From positions 128,001 to 192,000 of the forward strand of contig CAWFXA010000002.1 in the NCBI GenBank assembly GCA_963819655.1: a DNA stretch of 64,000 nt. The letters are read 5' to 3'. The position numbers were made by a program, and so were the translations under genes. The stretch's first letter is position 1; each line of letters starts with the position of its first letter. Positions 48,207 to 56,826 of the stretch are shown one piece after another. This stretch comes from an uncultured Chloroflexia bacterium. GTDB taxonomy: Bacteria; Chloroflexota; Limnocylindria; Limnocylindrales; CSP1-4. The notes beneath the pieces were generated by a model. That model saw only the letters and a program-made list of their open reading frames with translations, was not told the origin of the DNA and searched no databases.

Positions 48207-48230
48207 CGGGCGAGTGTAGACTGCGCCCCC
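48207..48230. promoter_or_regulatory. Overlapping bidirectional -10 elements
   Basis: AGTGTAGACT gives TACACT on minus (6 nt before GTG 48206) and TAGACT on plus (8 nt before ATG 48231). Confidence 0.6.
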
Positions 48231-48873
48231 ATGAGACAGGTCATCGGCCGGCGTGCCCTCGAGGTGGACGTCGGCTAAGTCACCAGCCTGATCGCCCGGG
48301 CCGACCGGGTGGTCGTGGATATCGGCACGGGTGACGGCCGGGTCGTCCTGCTGCGGGCGGCGGCGGAGCCGACCGCACTCGTGGTCGGTGTCGACGCCGC
48401 TGCGTCGCGATGGCCGACACGTCCCGGCGCGCCGACCGGCGCGGCCCCACCAACGTGCTGTTCCTCGCCGCCGGCGCGGAGACCCTGGCCGACCTCACCG
48501 CTGGCCGGCCGCGCCGACCTCGTCACCGTGCGTTTCCCCTGGGGTTCGTTGCTGCGCGGGATCGTCGGTCTCGACGACGCGGCGCTGTGCGGCGTCGCGT
48601 CGCTCCTGGCCGAGGGCGGCCGACTGGAGGTGCTCGCGTCGGTCGTGCACGTTGGACGGGGTAACCGACATGCCATGTCTCGATGCCGAGGCGGAGCATG
48701 CGTCCGTCCCGCGTGGTCCGCGGCCGGGCTCGGGCTGACCGCGATGCGACCCGCGTCCGCGGCGGAGATTGAAGCGTCCGACTCGACTTGGGCACGACGC
48801 CTGCGGGCCGGCCGGGACACTCGCCCGGTCTGGCGGCTCGAGGGCACCCGCTCGGCTAGCATCGAGCGAGTGA
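48231..48873 (+). pseudogene. KamB/NpmA-like 16S rRNA (adenine-1408-N1) methyltransferase, disrupted as sequenced
   Basis: MRQVIGRR, in-frame TAA 48276, VVVDIGTGDG, VVGVDA, shifted-frame TNVLFLAAGAE, FPWGSLLRG, STWARRL. Indels near 48408, 48495 and probably 48650-48700. End approximate. Confidence 0.75.
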
Positions 48874-49962
48874 CCCGGCCCATGCCCATCATCCTCGACG
48901 TCGACACCGGCATCGACGACAGCCTGGCGCTGCTGTACGCCGTCGCCTCACCCGAGGCGAACCTGGTCGCGGTGACGTGCGTGTCGGGCAACGTCAAAGC
49001 GCGCCAGGTGGCGACGAACACGCTGGCGGTGCTCGAACTTGCGGGACGGACGGACATCGAGGTCGCGATCGGGCGGAGGTGCCCCTCGTGCGACCACTCG
49101 AGACGACACCCGAGACACACGGGCCGCGCGGCATCGGGCATGCGCAGCTCCCGCCGCCCACCCGGCCGGTGGCCGACCGCCATGGGGTTGACTTGATCGT
49201 CGAGGAGACCCGCCGTCTCGCCGGTGAGATCACGCTGGTCACGCTCGGTCCGTTGACGAACCTCGCCCTGGCCCTCGAACGCGAGCCTGCCCTCCCCCGG
49301 CTGCTCCGCGGATACGTGTGCATGGGTGGGGCCTTCGGCGTGCCCGGCAACACGACCCCGACCAGCGAGTGGAACCTGCACTGCGACCCGGAGGCGGCAC
49401 GGATCGTGTTGCGCGCCTGGGCCGACGCGATCGGCGCCGATCCGTCGATCGCCGCGGCCGCTGGCCCTGGGACTCGACGTGACCGAGCTGGCCCGGATCA
49501 CACCCGACCACTTCGTCAGGCTGGCACGGCGGGCCGGCAGCACTCCGGACGAGTCGCTCGCCCCTGCCGGCCCGGAGGATCCGCTCGAAGCGGAACGGTC
49601 GGTCGCCTCCAACCCGATCGATCCGCTTCGTCGCCGACGCGCTCCGGTTCTACTTCGAGTTCCACCAGCGGTACGACGGGTTCTACGGCGCATTCATCCA
49701 CGATCCGCTTACCGTCGCGGCGGCCCTCGACCGAAGCCTGGTGACGAGCGAAGCGCTGTACGTCGACGTCGAGACCAGCGGTGAGCTGACGAGCGGCATG
49801 ACCGTCGCCGACCGGCGACACCTCACGGGCCATGCGCCCAACGTCGACGTGGCTGCGAGCGCGGACGCGGAGGCCTTCCTCGACCGCCTCATCGAACGAG
49901 TCGGCGATCTCGCCGCGAGCCGGTCGGGCGGAGGGGTCAACGTCAGCAGTCCATCCGGATAG
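48870..49962 (+). pseudogene. Inosine/uridine nucleoside hydrolase with three frameshifts as sequenced
   Basis: IILDVDTGIDDSLA, then ETHGPRGIG, LGPLTNLA, SEWNLHCDPEAA, then GLDVT, then FIHDP. Frame changes near 49075, 49455 and 49620. Confidence 0.75.
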
Positions 49963-50007
49963 GGCCCGGAAAGCTCGTGCATGGCTAGGATGTCGCTGAC
50001 GGCGACG

Positions 50008-50026
50008 CTGTCGCTGAGAGCGACAG
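50008..50026. terminator. Hairpin between convergent genes
   Basis: CTGTCGCT-GAG-AGCGACAG, preceded by a similar hairpin GTCGCTGACGGCGAC (49992-50006). Confidence 0.4.
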
Positions 50027-50027
50027 G

Positions 50028-50426
50028 CTAGCGCCCGCGCCCGACGACCAGCAGCAGGAACGACGTCTCGATCACGTCGATCCCGGCGATCACCGCGGCG
50101 ACGATCAGCGGCAACGGGTGAGCGAGCGCCCAGCCCGCAGCGGCGGCGAATGCCGCCACGGCAAGGAATGCGAGACGCACGCCACGGATGAGTCCCGCCA
50201 CATCGTCAGGCCCGGAGGCCGACATCCGAGCGATCGACCGGGCCAGCAGCATTGCCCCGAGCGCGACCGTGAGACCGACGAGCGCGGCGCGAACCAGGTT
50301 GGGCGGTGCCACCACCGCATCGAGCCAATCGCTGTTCGAGCCCACGACCGTCGCGGCGATCACGGCCAGGATCCCGAGGCCGATGGCGACGGCCGCGCCG
50401 ACGCGCGGGCGATCAGCCGGCGTCAT
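50028..50426 (-). CDS. Hypothetical 4-TM membrane protein
   Basis: ATG 50426 overlaps the mec stop; four hydrophobic segments. Confidence 0.65.
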   Translation of the reverse strand: MTPADRPRVGAAVAIGLGILAVIAATVVGSNSDWLDAVVAPPNLVRAALVGLTVALGAMLLARSIARMSASGPDDVAGLIRGVRLAFLAVAAFAAAAGWALAHPLPLIVAAVIAGIDVIETSFLLLVVGRGR

Positions 50427-50885
50427 CCCTCGACGACGTCGATCGCGACCTCGTGGACGCTCTCGTCGACGATCCGCCACGCCCGGACGCTGGGCGTGCC
50501 GCTCGAGCGGGCCGCCTCGTCGGCGCTGAGCGACACGAGCACGTACAGCGCGTCCGGATAGAACGCGAGCCCGATGTCAGTCGGCGATGGCACGGCCGGT
50601 GTGTGGGTGTGCGAGTGGACGATGCCCCAGAACACCTCGTCCGCGTCGTCGGTAGCGATGGTCAGCCGGTACATGTCGTCGGGATGGATCTCGTACCGAT
50701 AGGGCGAGGCAGCCGCGTTGCGGGTCGGCTCGAAGCGCAGCGCTCAACCCCGCCGTCGGCCGCAGTCGACCCCGATGTAGTCCACACGCCTCGTTCGGAT
50801 AGCCGGCACGTGCGTGGTCGATGAGCGCCTGGATCATCGTCGCCGGCAGGGTGGCGGTCGCCGGCCCCGGATGAACGGGGCTCAC
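50423..50885 (-). CDS. mec: JAB/MPN (M67) metallopeptidase, Mec-like; frameshifted near 50745-50785
   Basis: HARAGYPNEACGL in one frame; TRNAAASPYRYEI...IVHSHTHTPAVPSPTD (JAMM motif) in another. Confidence 0.8.
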
Positions 50886-51895
50886 CACCAGTTGACACCA
50901 CCCTCGAGCGCGTCCTGCATCTCGTCGAAGTCGGTCGTGAAGGTGCCGGCCGACAGGTACTTCCAACCGCCGTCGGGCAGGAGAGCGACGATCGTGCCCT
51001 CGGACATCTTCGACGCTTCACGCGCAGCCGCGACGAGGACGGCCCCACATGACGGACCGGCGAAGATCCCCTCGCGGAAGACGAGCTCGCGCAGTGCGGT
51101 CAGCGCGTCGAGGTTCGAAACGAGGTACTTCGCGTCGATCGCGGTCGGGTCGAGGATCTCGGGGATGAAGCCGTCGTCGAGCGAGCGCAGGCCCTGGACC
51201 TTCTCGCCGGGCAGGGGTTCGGCGGCCACGATGCGGACACCGGGCTTGTGCTCGGCCAGGTAGCGCGACACACCCATGAGGGTCCCGCCCGTGCCGAGGC
51301 CGGCGACGAACACGTCGATCTCCGGGCAGTCGGCCAGGATCTCCGGGCCGGTCGTCTCGTAGTGCGCCAATGGGTTCGCCGGGTTGCCGTATTGGTACGG
51401 CATCACGAACCGCGCGTCCTTCGCGACGAGGTGCTTGGCCAGGGCGATGGCACCGTTCGATCCGAGCGCGCCGGGCGAATCGATCACCTCGGCACCGAAC
51501 AGCGCCGCCATCTGTCGCCGCTCGTTGGTGACGTTGTCGGGCATGACGAGCGCGACCCGGTAGCCCTTGCGCCGGCCGATCATCGCCAGCGCGATGCCGG
51601 TGTTGCCCGACGTCGGCTCGAGGATGATCGAGTCCTCGTGGAGCAGCCCGCGCTCCTCCAGGTCCTCGATGAGGTACTTGGCGGTGCGATCCTTCACGGA
51701 ACCGGTCGGGTTGTACATCTCGAGCTTGGCGAGGATGCGGACCGCCGGGTTCGGGCTCATCCGCGGGATCTCGACGAGCGGCGTGTGCCCGATCGCGTCG
51801 AGGATGTCCGCATAGCGACCGCCGTGCGGCGCGAGGTCCTCGTGGGCGTGGGTGTGGTCGTGACCGGCGTCGGCGACCCGCCACGGGACGGCCAC
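50882..51895 (-). CDS. cysM: PLP-dependent cysteine synthase (CysM, sulfur-carrier dependent type)
   Basis: KLEMYNPTGSVKDR, EPTSGNTG, GLGTGGTL, DGGWKYLS, and a Trp-ended C-terminal extension as in mycobacterial CysM. Confidence 0.88.
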   Translation of the reverse strand: MAVPWRVADAGHDHTHAHEDLAPHGGRYADILDAIGHTPLVEIPRMSPNPAVRILAKLEMYNPTGSVKDRTAKYLIEDLEERGLLHEDSIILEPTSGNTGIALAMIGRRKGYRVALVMPDNVTNERRQMAALFGAEVIDSPGALGSNGAIALAKHLVAKDARFVMPYQYGNPANPLAHYETTGPEILADCPEIDVFVAGLGTGGTLMGVSRYLAEHKPGVRIVAAEPLPGEKVQGLRSLDDGFIPEILDPTAIDAKYLVSNLDALTALRELVFREGIFAGPSCGAVLVAAAREASKMSEGTIVALLPDGGWKYLSAGTFTTDFDEMQDALEGGVNWW

Positions 51896-51897
51896 GC

Positions 51898-52170
51898 TCA
51901 GCCGCCGGCCATCGCCGGGAGCAGGCGGACCTCGTCGGTCTCGGCGACCGGCGTGTCGAGACCCGCCAGGTAGCGGACGTCCTGCCCGTTCACGTACACG
52001 TTGACGAACCGGTTCAGATCGCCTTCGTCGGTCAGCAGCTGGCCGCCGAGCGATGGATGACGTTCGACCAGGCCGTCGACGACGGACCGGATCGAGTCGC
52101 CGTCGACCTCCAGCGACTTGACGCCGCCGACATTCGGCCGGAGCACGGCCGGGATGAAGACCGTGCTCAC
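51898..52170 (-). CDS. Ubiquitin-like sulfur carrier (CysO/MoaD/ThiS family)
   Basis: RFVNVYVNGQDVR...LPAMAGG with C-terminal GG. Confidence 0.92.
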   Translation of the reverse strand: MSTVFIPAVLRPNVGGVKSLEVDGDSIRSVVDGLVERHPSLGGQLLTDEGDLNRFVNVYVNGQDVRYLAGLDTPVAETDEVRLLPAMAGG

Positions 52171-53393
52171 GCGCGCGCCTCCGGCGAGACCGAGCCGGCC
52201 AGGCCGGTCGTGGTCAGCAGGAACGGCGCGTCCTCACCGACGTTGACCGTGCTCAGCGGGCGGCCCGCCTCCCGCGCTTCGACGGCGGCGTCCGAGCAGA
52301 CCGGGCACTGCGGATCGCGCCGCAGCTGGAGCTCGGTGAACTCGGTCTCGAGCGCATCGAACAGCACCAGCCGGCCGGCAAGGGTCGTCCCGATGCCGAG
52401 CAGGATCTTGAGCGCCTCGTTCGTCTGCAGCAATCCGAGGATGCCCGGCACCACGCCAAGCACACCCGCCACCGAGCAGCCCGGGGCGAGCTCGGGCGGC
52501 GGCGGGGTCGGATACAGGCAGCGGTAGCACGGACCCTCGTACGGGACGAACGTCGTGAGCTGACCCTCGAACCGGAACACGCTCGCGTGCACGACCGGGA
52601 TACCGGCAGCGACCGCCGCGTCGTTGAGGACGTAGCGGGTCTCGAACGTGTCGGTCCCATCGAGGATCACGTCGTAACCGTCGATGAGCCGCTCGACATT
52701 GGCGGCGGTGAGCATCTCCTCGTGCTGGACGACGTTGACGTCCGGGTTGAGGGCGTTGATCGCGATGCGCGCCGACTCGACCTTGCGCTCCCCGACCCGG
52801 TCGGTGGTATGGACGATCTGGCGCTGCAGGTTGCTCAGGTCAACGACATCGAAGTCGACGAGACCGATCGTGCCGACGCCGGCCGCGGCCAGATAGAGCG
52901 CCGCCGGACTGCCGAGACCACCCGCGCCGATCAGGAGGGCCTTCGATTCGAGGAGACGTTTCTGGCCGGCCGAGCCGACCTCGGGAATCAGCAGGTGGCG
53001 GCTGTAGCGCTGCTTCTGCTCCGCGTTGAGGACGACCGGCGTCTCGAAGTCGAACCCGGCGCCCTTCCACCCCTGGAAGCCCCCCGACATGCTCGCGACG
53101 TCGGTGTAGCCCATGTCGCTGAGGGTCTGGGCTGCGAACAGCGAGCGGATGCCACCCGCGCAGTACAGGATCACCGGGGCGTCGCGATCGGGAGCGGCTG
53201 CTTCGATCTGCTGCTCGATGTAGCTCTTCGAGACATGGTGGGCACCGGGCAGGTGGCCCTGCTCCCACTCGGACGCTTCGCGGACGTCGACGACCGTGGC
53301 CGCACCGCTGGGGAGGGCTTCGACCTCCTGCGGGGTCACCTCGCGGATCTGGGCGCGGGCCTCGCGAAGGAGGTCCGCGTAGGACTTCGGCAT
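52167..53393 (-). CDS. moeB: Rhodanese-MoeB (MoeZ-like) adenylyl/sulfurtransferase
   Basis: N-terminal rhodanese (DVRE, LYCAGGIRS), RYSRH, GAGGLGS, SNLQRQ, CYRC, CPVC. Confidence 0.92.
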   Translation of the reverse strand: MPKSYADLLREARAQIREVTPQEVEALPSGAATVVDVREASEWEQGHLPGAHHVSKSYIEQQIEAAAPDRDAPVILYCAGGIRSLFAAQTLSDMGYTDVASMSGGFQGWKGAGFDFETPVVLNAEQKQRYSRHLLIPEVGSAGQKRLLESKALLIGAGGLGSPAALYLAAAGVGTIGLVDFDVVDLSNLQRQIVHTTDRVGERKVESARIAINALNPDVNVVQHEEMLTAANVERLIDGYDVILDGTDTFETRYVLNDAAVAAGIPVVHASVFRFEGQLTTFVPYEGPCYRCLYPTPPPPELAPGCSVAGVLGVVPGILGLLQTNEALKILLGIGTTLAGRLVLFDALETEFTELQLRRDPQCPVCSDAAVEAREAGRPLSTVNVGEDAPFLLTTTGLAGSVSPEARA

Positions 53394-53523
53394 GGGTTGG
53401 TTGGCTCCGATGGTTCGACGGGCTGGCTCGCTCAGGCGGCCAGGGCGGTGGTGGATGCGGATGGGTCGCGACACGTGCCGGCTCAGGCCGGCGGGCGACA
53501 CCTGCAGCGGCGCTCGATCCCGG

Positions 53524-53934
53524 TCATCCCGAGGCTCCGCCGGACGTCGCGGGCTCGGGCGCCGCGACGCCGAGGTCGCCGAGCACGTGCTGGAGGCTCT
53601 CATGGCTGAGCATCGCGCACTTCAGGCGTGCGGGGCCGATCTCGATGCCGAGGAGGTCGAGCAGATCGTCGGCACGGAACGACGCCACGTCCTTGAGCGG
53701 CTTGCCTTTGATCTCGTCGGTCAGGAGGCTGGCACTCGCCTGGCTGATCGCACAGCCGCGGCCGGTGAAGCCGACCCGATCCACCACACCGTCCTTGACA
53801 CCGATCATCAGCGTGATCCGATCGCCGCACAGCGGGTTCGAGCCCTCGTACGACGCGTCGGCATCCGCGATCACCCCGAAGTTATGGGGCTGTCGATAGT
53901 GCTCGAGGATGTAGTCGCGATACAGGTCGTCCAT
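53524..53934 (-). CDS. sufU: SufU/IscU-family Fe-S scaffold / sulfur-transfer protein
   Basis: LYRDYILEHY, NPLCGD, GCAISQASAS, RLKCA. Confidence 0.88.
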   Translation of the reverse strand: MDDLYRDYILEHYRQPHNFGVIADADASYEGSNPLCGDRITLMIGVKDGVVDRVGFTGRGCAISQASASLLTDEIKGKPLKDVASFRADDLLDLLGIEIGPARLKCAMLSHESLQHVLGDLGVAAPEPATSGGASG

Positions 53935-54096
53935 TGGTCATTCGACTATATCGCAAGATGCGCAATCCCGACCAGCGGACTCGGGATTAGATCTCGGAGC
54001 AGGGAGGTGCGTCGCTGCAACGGACCGTTGGCACGCCTTGCTGGTACCAAGCGGCAGGGCGTGAAAACGCGTGTCCGAGGCTATCGTCGGGGTTCG

Positions 54097-55380
54097 GTGA
54101 CGACGAACCTCGTGGACGCTCTGGGTGTGTCGCTCGGCGGCATCGCGCAGAAGCGCGGGCTCATCCCGCGCCTTCCGGCCGGTGACCGCCTGCTTTCCGA
54201 TGCCGCCGTGTGGCTGACCGGTGAATACGCCGACGCCGTGCGGTCGACGCACCAGCGGACCTTGCCCTCGGGAGAGACGGCACTCGCTGTCGACCTCCAC
54301 CCGGCGGTCTCGCCACTGGTCCTGACGGCATCGGATGAGGGGCGGGTCACGGCGGCCGGCGATACGGGTGTCGTAGGCCCGGGCTACCACCGCTTCGTCG
54401 GGCGGATCCTGGAGCGGCTCGGGACGGAGATCGGCATCGACTGGACGGATGGCGACGGGGCAACCACGTTCGCCGACCGGCCCGACGTCGAACGGCGCTA
54501 TCTCGGCTGGCTCGGGCCGCGCTTGTCGCACGCCCGCGTGAAGGTCCGCCGCGGCGAGCGTGGCGTCCCGCTCGGGATGCCGCCCGGGACCCACTACGCG
54601 ACCGAGCAAGCGCTGGCCACCGTCATGGGTCCGCGCGACGAAGCGTGGCTCGAGGCGGCGATCGCCGATCCGCGGGTCGCCCTGGACATCACGCCGTGGT
54701 GGGCCGACGCGACCGACGCCCGCTACCTGCTCAACCGTGCGCTCGTGCTGATGTGGCGCGAGGTCCGTTGGCGCACGCCCGCGATGGAGGGCGAAGCCGA
54801 CCTCTTCGACGAGATCCATAGGCTGCTCTCGCGCGCGTATCCGATCGACCCGGACCTCCCCTACCCGTGGCATGCGTGGACGGAGCTGACCGCGCTCCGG
54901 GGCGTGGACGATCCGATGGCCCGCCAGGCCGCGACCCACGCGACCAAGGAACCCGAGCCGAACCCACCGGTCGGATATCGGCGCGACCCCGTGAAGATCA
55001 CACACGAGAACTGGTCCCTGGAGGTGCCCGGTGAATACGCGGAACGGCGGAGCGCCGACGAGTGGTGGGGCGGCGGCGCGGGTAGGAGCATCACGCTGGC
55101 CGCGACCACGACCGGGACGGCAGACGGCGCGCCGATGTCGGCGCACGCGTTCATCGAGCAGTTCGCGGTCGACCTCGGGCCCGATGCGATCACGCATCAT
55201 GCCGGTGGCGTGCTGGGCAGGGCGCGGTTGATGACCGATGCGTCGTCCGGCGTCGAGGTCGGCGTCCTCGAGGGGTATGCCGCGGTCACCGGCTCCGGCG
55301 CGGCGATCCGCATCGAGTTCGACGACCCGGCCGACTGGCAGTGGGCGCTCGACATGTGGAGGTCGCTGGCGCCGGGCTGA
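54097..55380 (+). CDS. Hypothetical protein (~427 aa)
   Basis: Long ORF with G/C-ending codons; TATCGT 9 nt before GTG 54097; no family recognised. Confidence 0.7.
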   Translation: MTTNLVDALGVSLGGIAQKRGLIPRLPAGDRLLSDAAVWLTGEYADAVRSTHQRTLPSGETALAVDLHPAVSPLVLTASDEGRVTAAGDTGVVGPGYHRFVGRILERLGTEIGIDWTDGDGATTFADRPDVERRYLGWLGPRLSHARVKVRRGERGVPLGMPPGTHYATEQALATVMGPRDEAWLEAAIADPRVALDITPWWADATDARYLLNRALVLMWREVRWRTPAMEGEADLFDEIHRLLSRAYPIDPDLPYPWHAWTELTALRGVDDPMARQAATHATKEPEPNPPVGYRRDPVKITHENWSLEVPGEYAERRSADEWWGGGAGRSITLAATTTGTADGAPMSAHAFIEQFAVDLGPDAITHHAGGVLGRARLMTDASSGVEVGVLEGYAAVTGSGAAIRIEFDDPADWQWALDMWRSLAPG

Positions 55381-55419
55381 TTCGCGCCGGGCTGAGTCCC
55401 GCCGGGCTGAGTCGCGCCG
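55369..55419 (+). repeat. 15-nt tandem repeat (about 3.4 units) containing the stop codon
   Basis: GCGCCGGGCTGA-TTC, GCGCCGGGCTGA-GTC, CCGCCGGGCTGA-GTC, GCGCCG. Confidence 0.85.
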
Positions 55420-55673
55420 TTTGCGCAAGCACAACAAGTCGTTAACAGACCGTATCCCCTGATGCGCCGACCTTGCGGACGCCACGGGACGCTGCTACGT
55501 TGCCAACCTCGTGGCCCATAGCGGGCTGCGAGCAGGCGCCATGACCCGAGTCCGCTGGGGAGGTCACGCGGCCGACCATGCGCCATGTGGAGGTCCCGAC
55601 CGGAGTCACTCCGTCGGTGCAGACGACGGGCATCGGCCGGACGCAGTCAGAACTCGGTATGAGGAGTGAGGTC

Positions 55674-56792
55674 ATGCCCAGGATGAGATCAGGCGCCATC
55701 GTCGCGGTGGCTGCCATCGCCGTGCTCGCCACCGCATGCAGTACCGGTGGATCCGGCTCGACTGCCGCCAAGACGGCGACCAATGCCGCCGGCGTCGGCG
55801 GCATGGATGCCCTCGTCACCGCGGCGAAGGCCGAGGGCAAGCTCAACGTCATCGCCCTCCCGCCCGAATGGGCCAACTACAAGGGCGTCATCGCCGCGTT
55901 CAAGGCGAAGTACAACCTGACGGTGGACGAGCAGCAGCCGGACGCCAACAGCCAGGAAGAGATCGATGCCGCGAAGAACAACGCGGGCACCGACAAGGCG
56001 CCCGACGTGTTCGATCTCGGCGTCAATGTGGCGCTGTCCAACCTCGCCGTCTTCGCGCCCTACCAGGTCGCGTCGTGGGCGGACATCCCGGCCAATCTCA
56101 AGGAGTCCACCGGCCTGTGGGTCAGTGACTACGCCGGGTTCATGTCGATCGGCTGCGATGCCAACAAGGTCGCCGCACCGGCGACCGTCGCGGACATGCT
56201 GAAGCCCGAGTACAAGGGCAAGATCGCCCTCAACGGCAACCCCAAGGCCGCGTCGGCAGGGATGCACGGCGTCGTGATGGCCTCGCTGGCCAACGGCGGG
56301 TCGGCCGACGACATCGCGCCGGGCGTCGAGTTCTTCAATCAGCTGAACGAGGCCGGCAACCTGCTCCCGGTCGATCCCACCCCGGCCACGATCACGTCAG
56401 GCCAGACGCCGTGCGTGATCGACTGGGAATACAACAACGCGGCTCTCACCGCCGATCTGACCGGTCAGGGCATCGACTGGAAGCTGTCTGTCCCCACGGA
56501 CGCCGACCCAGTCGCGGCGTACTACCTGCAGGCGATCAACAAGGATGCGCCGCATCCTGCGGCCGCCCGCCTGTGGCAGGAGTTCCTGTATACCCCGGAA
56601 GCCCAGAACGAGTGGCTGAAGGGCTTCGCCCGGCCGGTCCTCCAGGACAAGATGGTCGCGGACGGCACGATCGACCAGGACGCCCTGGGCAAGCTCGCGC
56701 AGGCCGAAGGCACGCCGGTCGTCCTGACCCAGGAGCAGGTGACGAAGGCCTCGGAGTACCTCACGGCGAACTGGAGCATCGAGCTCCCGTAG
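55674..56792 (+). CDS. ABC importer substrate-binding lipoprotein (PotD/AfuA-like)
   Basis: Lipobox LATAC, AAKAEGKLNVIALP, APHPAAARLW. Confidence 0.9.
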   Translation: MPRMRSGAIVAVAAIAVLATACSTGGSGSTAAKTATNAAGVGGMDALVTAAKAEGKLNVIALPPEWANYKGVIAAFKAKYNLTVDEQQPDANSQEEIDAAKNNAGTDKAPDVFDLGVNVALSNLAVFAPYQVASWADIPANLKESTGLWVSDYAGFMSIGCDANKVAAPATVADMLKPEYKGKIALNGNPKAASAGMHGVVMASLANGGSADDIAPGVEFFNQLNEAGNLLPVDPTPATITSGQTPCVIDWEYNNAALTADLTGQGIDWKLSVPTDADPVAAYYLQAINKDAPHPAAARLWQEFLYTPEAQNEWLKGFARPVLQDKMVADGTIDQDALGKLAQAEGTPVVLTQEQVTKASEYLTANWSIELP

Positions 56793-56826
56793 CCGTCCCC
56801 GGCATCGCCTGGGATCATCGCCGCCG

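Noticed and set aside
48276-48278. Programmed readthrough of the in-frame stop in the KamB-like gene
   Set aside because: TAA is not a Sec/Pyl codon, and the same region has multiple indels, so error or mutation is simpler.
50423-53393. Ubiquitin-like anti-phage conjugation system (E1 + Ubl + JAB)
   Set aside because: No E2 or CD-NTase; the interposed cysteine synthase and rhodanese domain point to sulfur relay.
53394-53523. SAM riboswitch upstream of moeB/cysM
   Set aside because: No SAM-I/IV core motifs recognised; only GC-rich stems.
55369-55419. CRISPR array (also considered for the 61067-61354 repeats)
   Set aside because: No unique spacers, wrong unit sizes and no cas genes.
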